NCBI GenBank assembly: GCA_946220865.1
Contig: CAMJYM010000002.1
Coordinates: 38,890-102,889, forward strand
Direction: 5' to 3'
Length of the DNA stretch: 64,000 nt
DNA from: an uncultured Clostridia bacterium
GTDB lineage: Bacteria > Bacillota > Clostridia > Saccharofermentanales > DTU023
How positions within the stretch are numbered: position 1 is the stretch's first letter; every line of letters begins with the position of its first letter. The position numbers and the translations under genes were made by a program. Below the pieces are notes generated by a model. The model was not told the DNA's origin and did no database searches. It saw nothing but the letters and a program-made list of their open reading frames with translations. Positions 51,295 through 59,932 of the stretch are shown here, one piece after another.

Positions 51295-52527
51295 TTAATC
51301 CAGCTTTTGCCCGCATTCAGGGCAGAATTTAGGTCTGGGTTCGCCCAGTGCATGGCCACAGTTCGGGCAGAATCCTCCGACCTGGGCTTCGGGACGTTTC
51401 GCGCCACAGTTAGAACAGAATTTTCCACCCGCGTTTTGAGCCTGGCATTGGGGGCAAGTCCAGACATCTGCAGCAGCGGCGTTCGCTGCAGCGCCGCCGT
51501 GCTGACCGGCTCCATTCCCGGCTTCCCGCTGCATCTGAGCCTGATTGGCCTGAGAGGCCATGCCCATCATGTTGCCTCCGGCATTCATGCCGATACCCAT
51601 GCCCATAAAGGTCGCTCCAGCTCCGGCCTCGTTGGAGCCTGCTGCCTCGAGGCCGCGGGCGATAGAACCCTGCACATAGCCTTCGCGCACATTGGGATCA
51701 CCCAGCATCGCGCCTTTGTTGCGCATATTGATGAGTTCTTTGGATTCATCATCATAGCTGATGCTGCTGATGCCGACGGAAACGACCTCAATGCCGCGCA
51801 GTTTCGTCCAGTCCTCATCCAGCGTGTTGTCCATATAGCGCGAAAGTTCGCGCATTTTAGAGGTCACCTGAGAAATACGAATGCCATCGACGGACATCTG
51901 ATTCATCGAGCTTTGCAGAGCCTCCAGAAATTCCGCGAGGTACTGCTCGTTGATCTCGTCGATGTGGACGTTGCGGGCGTTGCGCGGCAGGGCCTGCTGG
52001 TAAAAGAGAATCGGATCCACCACGCGGATCGAATAGGTGCCAAAGCAGCGCAGAAAGAGTTCCGCGTTGTAGAAATTATCAAAATATTGCAGGGGGTTCG
52101 GCGTACCAAATTTAATGCCTTTGATTTCCTGCAGATTGATGTAGTACACGACCTGTTTCGTGGGGTTTGCGCCGCCAAATTTAAAACGCTGCCAGCTCTC
52201 CTTCACCGAGTCCTTCAAGGAGCCGTTAAAAAGCGAGGGCAATGAGGAATTATCCACTTTAAAAACACCGGGTTCTGCAGCATAATCCACGATTTTGCCA
52301 TTATCGACGAGTAGAGCCGCCTGCATATCGTAGACATGGATCAGCGAGCCATTGGAAATGGCATCCTCTGTCCCCCGGGTGTTACTGTCACGGCGGTCGC
52401 CTTTGCGCACCCGCACCCCTTCACAGCACACCACGCCCTCGCCCATTTCGGCAGGCTCGATAGCCTCCAGCCACTGGTCGCCCAGGCTGCCACCCACGGC
52501 GCCCGCAAATGCTTTAATAAGTCCCAT
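51295..52527 (-). CDS. SPFH/band-7-like protein with C-terminal double zinc ribbon (YdjI/COG4260-like)
   Basis: GGAGG RBS before ATG 52527. MGLIKAFAGAVGGSLGDQWLE... followed by an SPFH-like core. A Gly/Ala/Met/Asn-rich linker. C-terminal CPQC..CSNC and CPNC..CPEC. Confidence 0.83.
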   Translation of the reverse strand: MGLIKAFAGAVGGSLGDQWLEAIEPAEMGEGVVCCEGVRVRKGDRRDSNTRGTEDAISNGSLIHVYDMQAALLVDNGKIVDYAAEPGVFKVDNSSLPSLFNGSLKDSVKESWQRFKFGGANPTKQVVYYINLQEIKGIKFGTPNPLQYFDNFYNAELFLRCFGTYSIRVVDPILFYQQALPRNARNVHIDEINEQYLAEFLEALQSSMNQMSVDGIRISQVTSKMRELSRYMDNTLDEDWTKLRGIEVVSVGISSISYDDESKELINMRNKGAMLGDPNVREGYVQGSIARGLEAAGSNEAGAGATFMGMGIGMNAGGNMMGMASQANQAQMQREAGNGAGQHGGAAANAAAADVWTCPQCQAQNAGGKFCSNCGAKRPEAQVGGFCPNCGHALGEPRPKFCPECGQKLD

Positions 52528-52946
52528 CTTAAACCTCCCAAATTGCACAGGGCGGCCACCTGTGGCCGTCGTTAAAAGGCAACAATAATAATTTTAATCA
52601 TAATAACAAAAAGCTTTTCACATTGCAGTAAATCCCACGTTGTAGAAAATCAACTTCAAAGAAAAACACGCTGCGGAAAGGCTCCCGCAGCAGAAATATC
52701 GCGTTGTAAAAATAGCCTGCCGCAGGGAGCTCATGTCGCAAAGATGCCTTCGTCAGAGCTTTTATACCATCGTTAAAAAGCTTGCAGGCACTCATCAAAG
52801 CCTTTAAACCTTCGACAAAGCCAGTATAATTATTGTCAAAACCTTCAAAATTGTTTGAGAGTTCTGTTTTTTTGTCGTGAAAAGCGTATAATGAACGAAG
52901 TTAGACGAAATATGTCCACTTTGATAAGTTGATAAGGAGGATTGCT

Positions 52947-54863
52947 ATGCTGTATCAATGCACTGAAGCGCATGAAGCGTTCCGGAAGAAGGTTCGCAGC
53001 TTTGCTGAAGGAGAAATCAAGTCACTCGCTTTCAGCCTGGATCAGAACGATCAGTTCCCGGACGAGATCGTCAAAAAGATGGGTGAGCTCGGCCTGATGG
53101 GGATTCCCTATCCGAAGGAATATGGCGGCGCCGGCCTCGATGCCATTTACTACGCCATCGCCGTTGAAGAACTCTCCCGCGTGGATGGCGGGGTCGGCGT
53201 GATCTGCTCCGCCCACACCTCACTCGGCAGCTATCCTATCGCCGCCTTCGGCACGGAAGAGCAGAAAAAGAAATATCTGACTCCCCTGGCCAAAGGTGAA
53301 AAGCTCGGTGCTTTCGGTCTGACCGAGCCCAATGCCGGCTCCGACGCCGGCGGCACAGAAACGATTGCCGAACTCGACGGGGACTACTATATCCTTAACG
53401 GCGGCAAAGTTTTCATCACGAACGCACCCAAAGCCGACACTTATGTCGTTTTTGCCGTGACCACTCCGGGCATCGGCGTCAAAGGCATTTCCGCCTTCAT
53501 TGTAGAAAAAGGCTGGGAGGGGTTCAGCTTCAGCGATCCCTACGACAAGATGGGCATCCGCTCCTCCTCTACAGCTGAACTTATGTTCAACAACGTCAAA
53601 GTGCCTAAGGAAAACCTGCTCGGCAAAGAGGGCCAGGGCTTCCGCATTGCCATGGAGACCCTCGATGGCGGCCGTATCGGCATTGCCTCTCAGGCTCTCG
53701 GCATCGGCCAGGGCGCCTATGAAGCGGCTCTCGCTTACGCCAAAGAGCGCGTCCAATTTGGCAAACCCATCGCCTTCCAGCAAAACCTCAGCTTTAAGCT
53801 CGCCGATATGGCGACCCAGCTGCGTGCTTCCCGCCTGATGATCTACTCCGCAGCCGAGCTGAAGAGCAATCACCAGCCTTACAGCATGGAAGCCGCCATG
53901 GCCAAACTTTATGCCTCCGACTGCACCCACAAGATTGTCGACGAAGCCCTGCAAATTCATGGCGGCAGCGGCTTCATCAAGGGCATTGATGTCGAGCGCT
54001 TCTATCGCGACGCCAAGATCACGATGATCTACGAAGGCACCAACGAAATCATGCGGCTCGTCATTGCCAATCACATCATTGGCCGCCCGCCGAAAAAGGC
54101 CAGGGCTGTCGTTGAAAAAGCTGAGCCCATTACCGGCATCCGCAAAAACCAGATTTTCACAGGTACGCCCCAGGAAGCTGTCAACCAGCTCGTCGCCGCT
54201 CTGAAAAAAGACGGTTATGACTTCAGCGTCGGCATTCCTGTCGATACCCCCATCGTCGATGCCGAACGTGTCGTCTCTGTCGGCAAGGGCATTGGTGACA
54301 AGGCCAACATGGACGTTGCGAGAAAGCTCGCTCACGCGGCTGGCGCGGCCCTCGGCTCCTCCCGTCCCGTCGCCGAAACGCTGAAATACCTCCCGCTCAA
54401 CCGTTATGTCGGCATGTCCGGCCAGAAATTCCGCGGTAACCTCTACTTTGCCCTCGGTATCTCCGGCGCCAACCAGCACCTCCGTGGCATTAAGGATGCC
54501 AGCACGATCGTCGCCATCAACACCAACGCAGGCGCACCCATTTTCAAGAACTGCGATTACGGCATCGTCGGCGATATGCACGAGATCATGCCGCTGCTTA
54601 TTAAAGCCTTTGGCGAAGGCGAGAAGAAGCCCGCTCCGGCCTTCAAGCGCAAGAGAAGAGTCCTGCCGAAGAAGCTGGCTCCTGTCGGCGTCTGGGTCTG
54701 CATGGGCTGCGGACACGAGTACGATCCCAAATACGGCGATCCCGAAAACGGCGTCGCACCAGGTACCGAATTTGAGCGCATCCCGGACGACTGGGTCTGC
54801 CCCGAATGCAACAAGGAAAAATCGCACTACATTAAAGTTCAGTTCCAGAAGAACCGCAGCTAA
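52947..54863 (+). CDS. tri-domain fusion: acyl-CoA dehydrogenase + ETF-alpha C-terminal (FAD) domain + rubredoxin
   Basis: AAGGAGG RBS. The ACAD region runs [13 protein letters not shown]...IYEGTNEI. The ETF-alpha-like region is [34 protein letters not shown]...[34 protein letters not shown]...[15 protein letters not shown]. The rubredoxin region is [12 protein letters not shown]...DDWVCPEC. Confidence 0.9.
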   Translation: MLYQCTEAHEAFRKKVRSFAEGEIKSLAFSLDQNDQFPDEIVKKMGELGLMGIPYPKEYGGAGLDAIYYAIAVEELSRVDGGVGVICSAHTSLGSYPIAAFGTEEQKKKYLTPLAKGEKLGAFGLTEPNAGSDAGGTETIAELDGDYYILNGGKVFITNAPKADTYVVFAVTTPGIGVKGISAFIVEKGWEGFSFSDPYDKMGIRSSSTAELMFNNVKVPKENLLGKEGQGFRIAMETLDGGRIGIASQALGIGQGAYEAALAYAKERVQFGKPIAFQQNLSFKLADMATQLRASRLMIYSAAELKSNHQPYSMEAAMAKLYASDCTHKIVDEALQIHGGSGFIKGIDVERFYRDAKITMIYEGTNEIMRLVIANHIIGRPPKKARAVVEKAEPITGIRKNQIFTGTPQEAVNQLVAALKKDGYDFSVGIPVDTPIVDAERVVSVGKGIGDKANMDVARKLAHAAGAALGSSRPVAETLKYLPLNRYVGMSGQKFRGNLYFALGISGANQHLRGIKDASTIVAINTNAGAPIFKNCDYGIVGDMHEIMPLLIKAFGEGEKKPAPAFKRKRRVLPKKLAPVGVWVCMGCGHEYDPKYGDPENGVAPGTEFERIPDDWVCPECNKEKSHYIKVQFQKNRS

Positions 54864-54894
54864 TTGAGCACAGCAAATTGAGAAAGGAAATCTT

Positions 54895-56115
54895 ATGAAC
54901 AACGTTCGCAAAGTCTGTGATGATCTTTACTGGGTCGGTGCCAATGACCACCGCACCGCCCTTTTCGAAAACATTTTCCCCATCCCCCGCGGCGTGTCCT
55001 ACAACTCCTACGTGCTGCTGGACGAAAAAACCGCGGTCTTCGATTCCGTCGACTGGAATTATGGCAATGAGTACCTGCACAATGTTGAAGAGACCCTTGC
55101 TGGCCGTCCACTCGATTACATCATCGTCAACCATATGGAGCCGGATCACTGTGCCTCCATCGGCCTGATTCATCAAGTCCATCCGGAAGCCACCATTGTC
55201 TCCACCGAGCAGGCCTTCCAGATGATGGATCAATTCCAGTTTGATTTTGGCGATGCGAAAAAGCAGGTTGTCAATGAATTTGACACCCTCTCGCTCGGCA
55301 AACACAATCTGCTCTTTGTCTACGCCCCCATGGTTCACTGGCCCGAGGTCATGATGACCTTTGACACGACCAATGGCGTGCTCTTCTCGGCCGACGCTTT
55401 CGGCACCTTCGGCGCTCTGGACGGCGTGCTCTTCAACGACGAAGTCAACTTTGAGCGCGACTGGCTGCCCGATGCCCGCCGTTACCTCACCAACATCGTT
55501 GGCAAGTACGGACCGCAAGTTCAGGCCATTCTCGCCAAAGCCGGCACCATCGACATCAAAATGCTCTGCCCGCTGCACGGTCCGGTCTGGAGAAGCAATC
55601 TCGGCTGGTTCATCGACAAATACGACAAATGGAGCAAATACGAACCCGAAGAAAAGGGCGTCATGATCGCTTATGCCTCCATGTACGGCCACACGGCCTA
55701 CACGGCCCAGGTTCTCGCCTCTCTGCTGCATGAGCGCGGCGTGCACAATGTCGTCGTCTACGACGTCTCCAACACCCATATGTCGCAGCTCGTTTCCGAG
55801 ACCTTCCGTCTCAGTCATGTCGTGCTGGCCTCAGTGACCTACAACCTCGGCATCTACCCCATCATGCACAACTACCTCATGGATCTGGCCGCCCTCAACG
55901 TGCAGAACCGCACCTTCGCCCTGATTGAAAACGGCACCTGGGCCGCTAAATCCGGCGACCTCATGGAAGAACTGCTCAACACGCAGTGCAAGACCATGGA
56001 CATCATGAGTGACCGTGTCACCGTCAATTCCGCCCTCAACGAAGGCAATCGCAGCGACATGGAAGCCCTTGCCGACGCCCTCGCCGAAGACATCCTCGGC
56101 AAAAAGAGCAAGTAA
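54895..56115 (+). CDS. fprA: FprA-family class A flavodiiron protein (O2/NO reductase)
   Basis: MBL-like diiron motif NHMEPDH, plus a C-terminal flavodoxin domain (VMIAYASMYGHTAYTAQ...). It starts 31 nt after the fusion gene. Confidence 0.92.
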   Translation: MNNVRKVCDDLYWVGANDHRTALFENIFPIPRGVSYNSYVLLDEKTAVFDSVDWNYGNEYLHNVEETLAGRPLDYIIVNHMEPDHCASIGLIHQVHPEATIVSTEQAFQMMDQFQFDFGDAKKQVVNEFDTLSLGKHNLLFVYAPMVHWPEVMMTFDTTNGVLFSADAFGTFGALDGVLFNDEVNFERDWLPDARRYLTNIVGKYGPQVQAILAKAGTIDIKMLCPLHGPVWRSNLGWFIDKYDKWSKYEPEEKGVMIAYASMYGHTAYTAQVLASLLHERGVHNVVVYDVSNTHMSQLVSETFRLSHVVLASVTYNLGIYPIMHNYLMDLAALNVQNRTFALIENGTWAAKSGDLMEELLNTQCKTMDIMSDRVTVNSALNEGNRSDMEALADALAEDILGKKSK

Positions 56116-57220
56116 GCCTCAGCCTCCATAAAGCTGAACAAAAGGACTGTCCCTCAAAAACACGAAAGTGCTGAGGGGCAGTCCTCTTTTTATGCACGGC
56201 AATCTCAGACTGCCCCCTTACGCAATCAATGGAAAAAATATTGTGGTAACAATAGTTTTTTAATGAAGAACTCTTATCTCGCGTCATGTCAAAGGCTCCG
56301 TCAAAAGCCAGATAAGTCTGTGAAAGGGGTACATAAAGAATTTCTATTTCATAACCTTCCTCTAATTCAATGAACAAGTGGAAGTTCCCTTTTTGCAAGT
56401 TCGCAGCAGTCTTATCATCTTCGGACAGCGCCTCAATCTCACCCTCTGTGCCTATTATCTCAGAGCGTAAGCTAATGCTTTCTTCGGTCACTTTACTGAA
56501 GTCGTAAGATTCACGTTTCAACTGGCTGACTTTTTCATGATTACTGGGTAAACCTTGCCATCTTAAGTCATTTAAAACCTGCTGCAAACGTTGACATTGT
56601 TTGTCGTAACCTATATTTTTGCAATCCCTGATATTTTCTATTATTTTCACAATTGTATTTTGTTCTTTGATCAGGCGGATCAGTGAACCGTCCTGACCTC
56701 GAACCTCAATTTTTATCACCTTTTGTGGACATTCGTACTTCATTAATGCAGCATTAATGGTGGTTCCCTCCGGGATGCTGATCTTATATCCCTTTGTGCA
56801 TATGAGGTGATATGAGCCTTGGTTCTTCAATATAAGAATCGCATTGCTCCTGGGATAATTTGCATAACGATATACTTTACTTCCTACTAGTTCCCGACAC
56901 GCTCCTACTGGTGCGCTCGTGACATCTCCAACATATTCCCCGATATCCTTATCACATATTGAAATATCTTCTTCTCTTAAAGGCAGATTAAACCGAAGTC
57001 GATCTTCACGAGTGGCCACACGATATTCCAGGTCATCAAGATGATCAATATGAAGAGGACCTATCCCTGACGGGAGTACCAAATCCTTGTCGCACAAAAG
57101 CATGGTGTCGGAATGATGATGACAGGATGTACAAATTTCCTCAAACAAAATAAAGAGTGCCCCCAAGGCTATGAGAAAACATATAAATAATAAGATGCGT
57201 TTTGAACCTTGTTTTATCAT
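56036..57220 (-). CDS. hypothetical membrane-anchored protein in an AT-rich islet; 3' end doubtful
   Basis: I prefer ATG 57220 (MIKQGSKRILLFICFLIALGALFILF = TM anchor). The ORF has no stop until 56036, so it reads through the fprA terminator and 80 nt antisense into fprA. I recognise no family. Confidence 0.5.
   Translation of the reverse strand: MIKQGSKRILLFICFLIALGALFILFEEICTSCHHHSDTMLLCDKDLVLPSGIGPLHIDHLDDLEYRVATREDRLRFNLPLREEDISICDKDIGEYVGDVTSAPVGACRELVGSKVYRYANYPRSNAILILKNQGSYHLICTKGYKISIPEGTTINAALMKYECPQKVIKIEVRGQDGSLIRLIKEQNTIVKIIENIRDCKNIGYDKQCQRLQQVLNDLRWQGLPSNHEKVSQLKRESYDFSKVTEESISLRSEIIGTEGEIEALSEDDKTAANLQKGNFHLFIELEEGYEIEILYVPLSQTYLAFDGAFDMTRDKSSSLKNYCYHNIFSIDCVRGQSEIAVHKKRTAPQHFRVFEGQSFCSALWRLRLTCSFCRGCLRRGRRQGLPCRCDCLR
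56143..56192 (+). terminator. Rho-independent terminator after fprA (A-run upstream, possibly bidirectional)
   Basis: AGGACTGTCCCTCA/TGAGGGGCAGTCCT 14-bp stem (one G-U pair) with a 15-nt loop, then CTTTTTA. It is preceded by AACAAAA. Confidence 0.75.
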
Positions 57221-57227
57221 ATATATT

Positions 57228-57353
57228 TTATATTCGTGAAAATAATGCTTTCTTAAAAAAGGTACATTCAGTAGCAGCTCTAACAACATGTTGTCCCGAT
57301 CCAAATACGACTAAAACGAGCAAAAAACAGAGAATAGCTCTAAATATTTTCAT
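57228..57353 (-). CDS. candidate 41-aa hydrophobic micro-ORF
   Basis: AGGAGGAGGG lies 4 nt upstream of ATG 57353. It translates to MKIFRAILCFLLVLVVFGSGQHVVRAATECTFFKKALFSRI*. Its stop lies 8 nt before ATG 57220 of the next ORF. Confidence 0.3.
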   Translation of the reverse strand: MKIFRAILCFLLVLVVFGSGQHVVRAATECTFFKKALFSRI

Positions 57354-57531
57354 TTTACCCTCCTCCTAAAATGTAAAAAAGCTTGCTAACATTTTGAAAT
57401 ACTTAACAATAAAATTTTAAAAAATATTATATACTATTTTATTATTTGCTGTCGAATATAGCTTGGAACTCATCATTTTATGTTTCACAGCTGCTCAGGC
57501 AGTAGCAATACTATTAAATTTCGTCTAAAAT

Positions 57532-57602
57532 GGAATCAGATTCCGGAATTGACGGAAAATTGAATGGGAATCTTAAATGAACCGAGCGTTGAATCAGATT
57601 CC
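57532..57602. promoter_or_regulatory. two copies of the palindrome (G)GAATCAGATTCC, about 59 bp apart, upstream of the ATPase gene
   Basis: GGAATCAGATTCC at 57532-57544 and GAATCAGATTCC at 57591-57602. The second copy ends 15 nt before ATG 57618. Confidence 0.4.
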
Positions 57603-57617
57603 TGAAGGACACAACAT

Positions 57618-58838
57618 ATGACATATATCAGGCGCGAAATCGAAGAACACGTTAAAACTTTAGTTCATTCTTTTAAGGTCGTATTGGTAACCGGACCTCG
57701 GCAGGTTGGCAAATCGACCTTATTAAAGGAATTGTTTCAAGACCAATATCGCTATGTCAGTTTAGACGACATCAATGAAGTTCAAAGCGCACGTCTGGAT
57801 CCTAAACTCTTTTTCATTAACCACCCGGGAAAACTGATTATTGACGAAATTCAGCTTTGCCCGGAACTTTTCCCTGAAATCAAACGCCTCGTCGACCAGA
57901 GCGAAAACAGTGGACAGTTTATTCTGACGGGCTCTCAGACTTTTTCTCTCATGGCCAATGTCAGCGAAAGTCTGGCAGGCCGGGTGGGGTTAATCGAACT
58001 CAAGCCCTTATCGACGCGGGAGATCCAGGGAAAGGGAAAAAACGCACCTTTCAAGCCCTCCATGGAAAAAATAAACTCAATCGTACCTGAGATCTCATAC
58101 CCTGAACTTTGGAAAATCATTCACCGGGGTTCCCTTCCTGAACTTTACCGCCAGCCGTCACTCCCAGCCGAAAGTTATTACGCTTCCTATGTCTCAACCT
58201 TTATTCAAAGGGACGTCCGGCAAATAACTGCGATTCAGAATTTAAGTCTGTTTAATCGCTTTATTTCTGTTCTGGCTGCACGAATAAGCCAGGAGCTCAA
58301 TTATTCCAGCATCGCTCAGGAAGTTGGGGTCGACCAGAAAACGATTAAATCCTGGATAGGCATACTGGAAGCAAGTGGTATTGTTTATATTATCCAGACC
58401 TTTTCAAACAATCTGCTCAAACGCGTCACCAAAGCTCCTGTCCTGTACTTTTTTGACACAGGTCTCGCTGCCTATCTTGGACGGTGGAAAACTCCGGAAA
58501 CTTTGCAGAACGGAGCCTATTCGGGCGCTATTTTAGAAAATTACTGTGTCTCAGAAATCATCAAATCCTACAGCAACCAAGGTGTCGTCCATTATCCCCT
58601 GTTTTTCTATCGCGACAAAGATCAAAGGGAAATTGACTTGATTATTGAAGAATCAGGTACCCTTTATCCCATAGAAATCAAGTCATCCGCCAGCCCTCAG
58701 CCAGCCATGACCCGGCATATGGCCATTCTGGAAAAAGCCCAGGGTTATAAGCTCGGCCTAAAGACCATCCTGGCCCAGGTCGATCGTTATTACTTACTGA
58801 GTGAAAACACCCTCGTCTGCCCGATTAAAGATATTTAA
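57618..58838 (+). CDS. AAA+ ATPase of the COG1373/DUF4143 type with a C-terminal PD-(D/E)xK-like motif
   Basis: Walker A GPRQVGKST, Walker B LIIDEIQ, C-terminal ...YRDKDQREIDLIIEESGTLYPIEIKSS (D...ExK). Confidence 0.85.
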   Translation: MTYIRREIEEHVKTLVHSFKVVLVTGPRQVGKSTLLKELFQDQYRYVSLDDINEVQSARLDPKLFFINHPGKLIIDEIQLCPELFPEIKRLVDQSENSGQFILTGSQTFSLMANVSESLAGRVGLIELKPLSTREIQGKGKNAPFKPSMEKINSIVPEISYPELWKIIHRGSLPELYRQPSLPAESYYASYVSTFIQRDVRQITAIQNLSLFNRFISVLAARISQELNYSSIAQEVGVDQKTIKSWIGILEASGIVYIIQTFSNNLLKRVTKAPVLYFFDTGLAAYLGRWKTPETLQNGAYSGAILENYCVSEIIKSYSNQGVVHYPLFFYRDKDQREIDLIIEESGTLYPIEIKSSASPQPAMTRHMAILEKAQGYKLGLKTILAQVDRYYLLSENTLVCPIKDI

Positions 58839-58951
58839 CTGGCCGACCCGCCTGTTTCGGACAACCTGCCTCAACGTGCTTTTTTACCTTCGCAGTAGAA
58901 CGTTCTGATGAATAAGCTCCACATAAGAACTCATGGGTACTCAACTGACGT

Positions 58952-59443
58952 CTACATTTTTGCCTGCGTCAGATCGGCAAAGCGAAACGCAAACGCCGCG
59001 GCCAGCGCCCTGGGTTCCACCTCCATCTGAAAGCCGATTTTCCCGGCACTGACCAGAATCGTGGGCTGATCTTCGGCACTTGCATCAATAACCGTAGGGA
59101 ACTCCTTTTTCATGCCCAGCGGTGAGCAGCCTCCATGAACATAGCCCGTCGTCGGCAGCAGATCTTTTTGCTTCAACATGGCCACAGATTTTTCACCACA
59201 GGCCTGCGCCGCCTTTTTCAGGTCAAGCTCCCCGACGGCAGGAAGGACAAAAACATAGTGCTCGCCACTTTTTCCCAGCGTCACCAGTGTCTTAAAAACG
59301 CGCGCAGGATCCACACCCAGGACTCTCGCGACCTCTTCAGCCGAGAGGCTCGCTGTTCCCTCATAACTGTGAGGCGTATACGCCAGACCCGCCTGCTCAA
59401 GAAGCCGCATGGCATTCGTTTTCACAAAACCTTTTTTGGACAT
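58952..59443 (-). CDS. ybaK: Cys-tRNA(Pro)/Cys-tRNA(Cys) deacylase YbaK
   Basis: 163 aa: ...KTNAMRLLEQAGLAY...FKTLV...GYVHGGCSPLGMKK.... Confidence 0.87.
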   Translation of the reverse strand: MSKKGFVKTNAMRLLEQAGLAYTPHSYEGTASLSAEEVARVLGVDPARVFKTLVTLGKSGEHYVFVLPAVGELDLKKAAQACGEKSVAMLKQKDLLPTTGYVHGGCSPLGMKKEFPTVIDASAEDQPTILVSAGKIGFQMEVEPRALAAAFAFRFADLTQAKM

Positions 59444-59606
59444 AAAAAAGATCCTCCCTTTTTATCCCTTTGCTTAATAGGCATTTCCTTCCTGGCCTCT
59501 CTTAGCGTTCTTCTTTCCCTTATCTTATTCATAAAGCCTCCAGCGTCAATCTATTTGCTGGATCCTCCTTAAAAACGAGCTCAGAGGAGACTGTCATAAA
59601 TGATTA

Positions 59607-59640
59607 CAGAGAAACATAAGAGACAGAGAAACATAAGAGA
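59607..59640. repeat. perfect tandem duplication of a 17-mer (CAGAGAAACATAAGAGA x2, then a partial third unit)
   Basis: Read directly in the AT-rich spacer. Confidence 0.8.
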
Positions 59641-59903
59641 CAGCGAACCACTCCATACGCGGACAATTTATATAAGTGTTTTTATACATTCTCCAGATAA
59701 AAGAGCTTCGAAGCTAATAGACTTAAGTTTAGAAATACCTGAACTGTGAGGTCACCAAAAATGACGTTCAGAATGAACTATCGGACCACTGAAAAAACCC
59801 TCACAGCAGTTAAAACGTCAAAACACAGAATGTTTGAAGCAAAAATCAATAATACAGATTGCTTAAAGCAATAAGGTAACTCGCCAAAAAATTATAAGCC
59901 AAA

Positions 59904-59932
59904 TTGACAGAGATCAAACTTATCTCTAGAAT
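59904..59932 (+). promoter_or_regulatory. near-consensus sigma-A promoter of the peptide ABC importer operon
   Basis: TTGACA, 17 nt, TAGAAT. The spacer contains the inverted repeat GAGAT...ATCTC. This implies a leader of about 215 nt before ATG 60154. Confidence 0.5.

Noticed and set aside
59607-59640. The perfect 17-nt tandem duplication as a candidate regulatory or phase-variable element.
   Set aside because: It has only two full units in an AT-rich spacer far from either flanking start codon. The unit length is not a multiple of 3 and it is not within a gene. I listed it as a repeat feature but see no basis for a functional claim.
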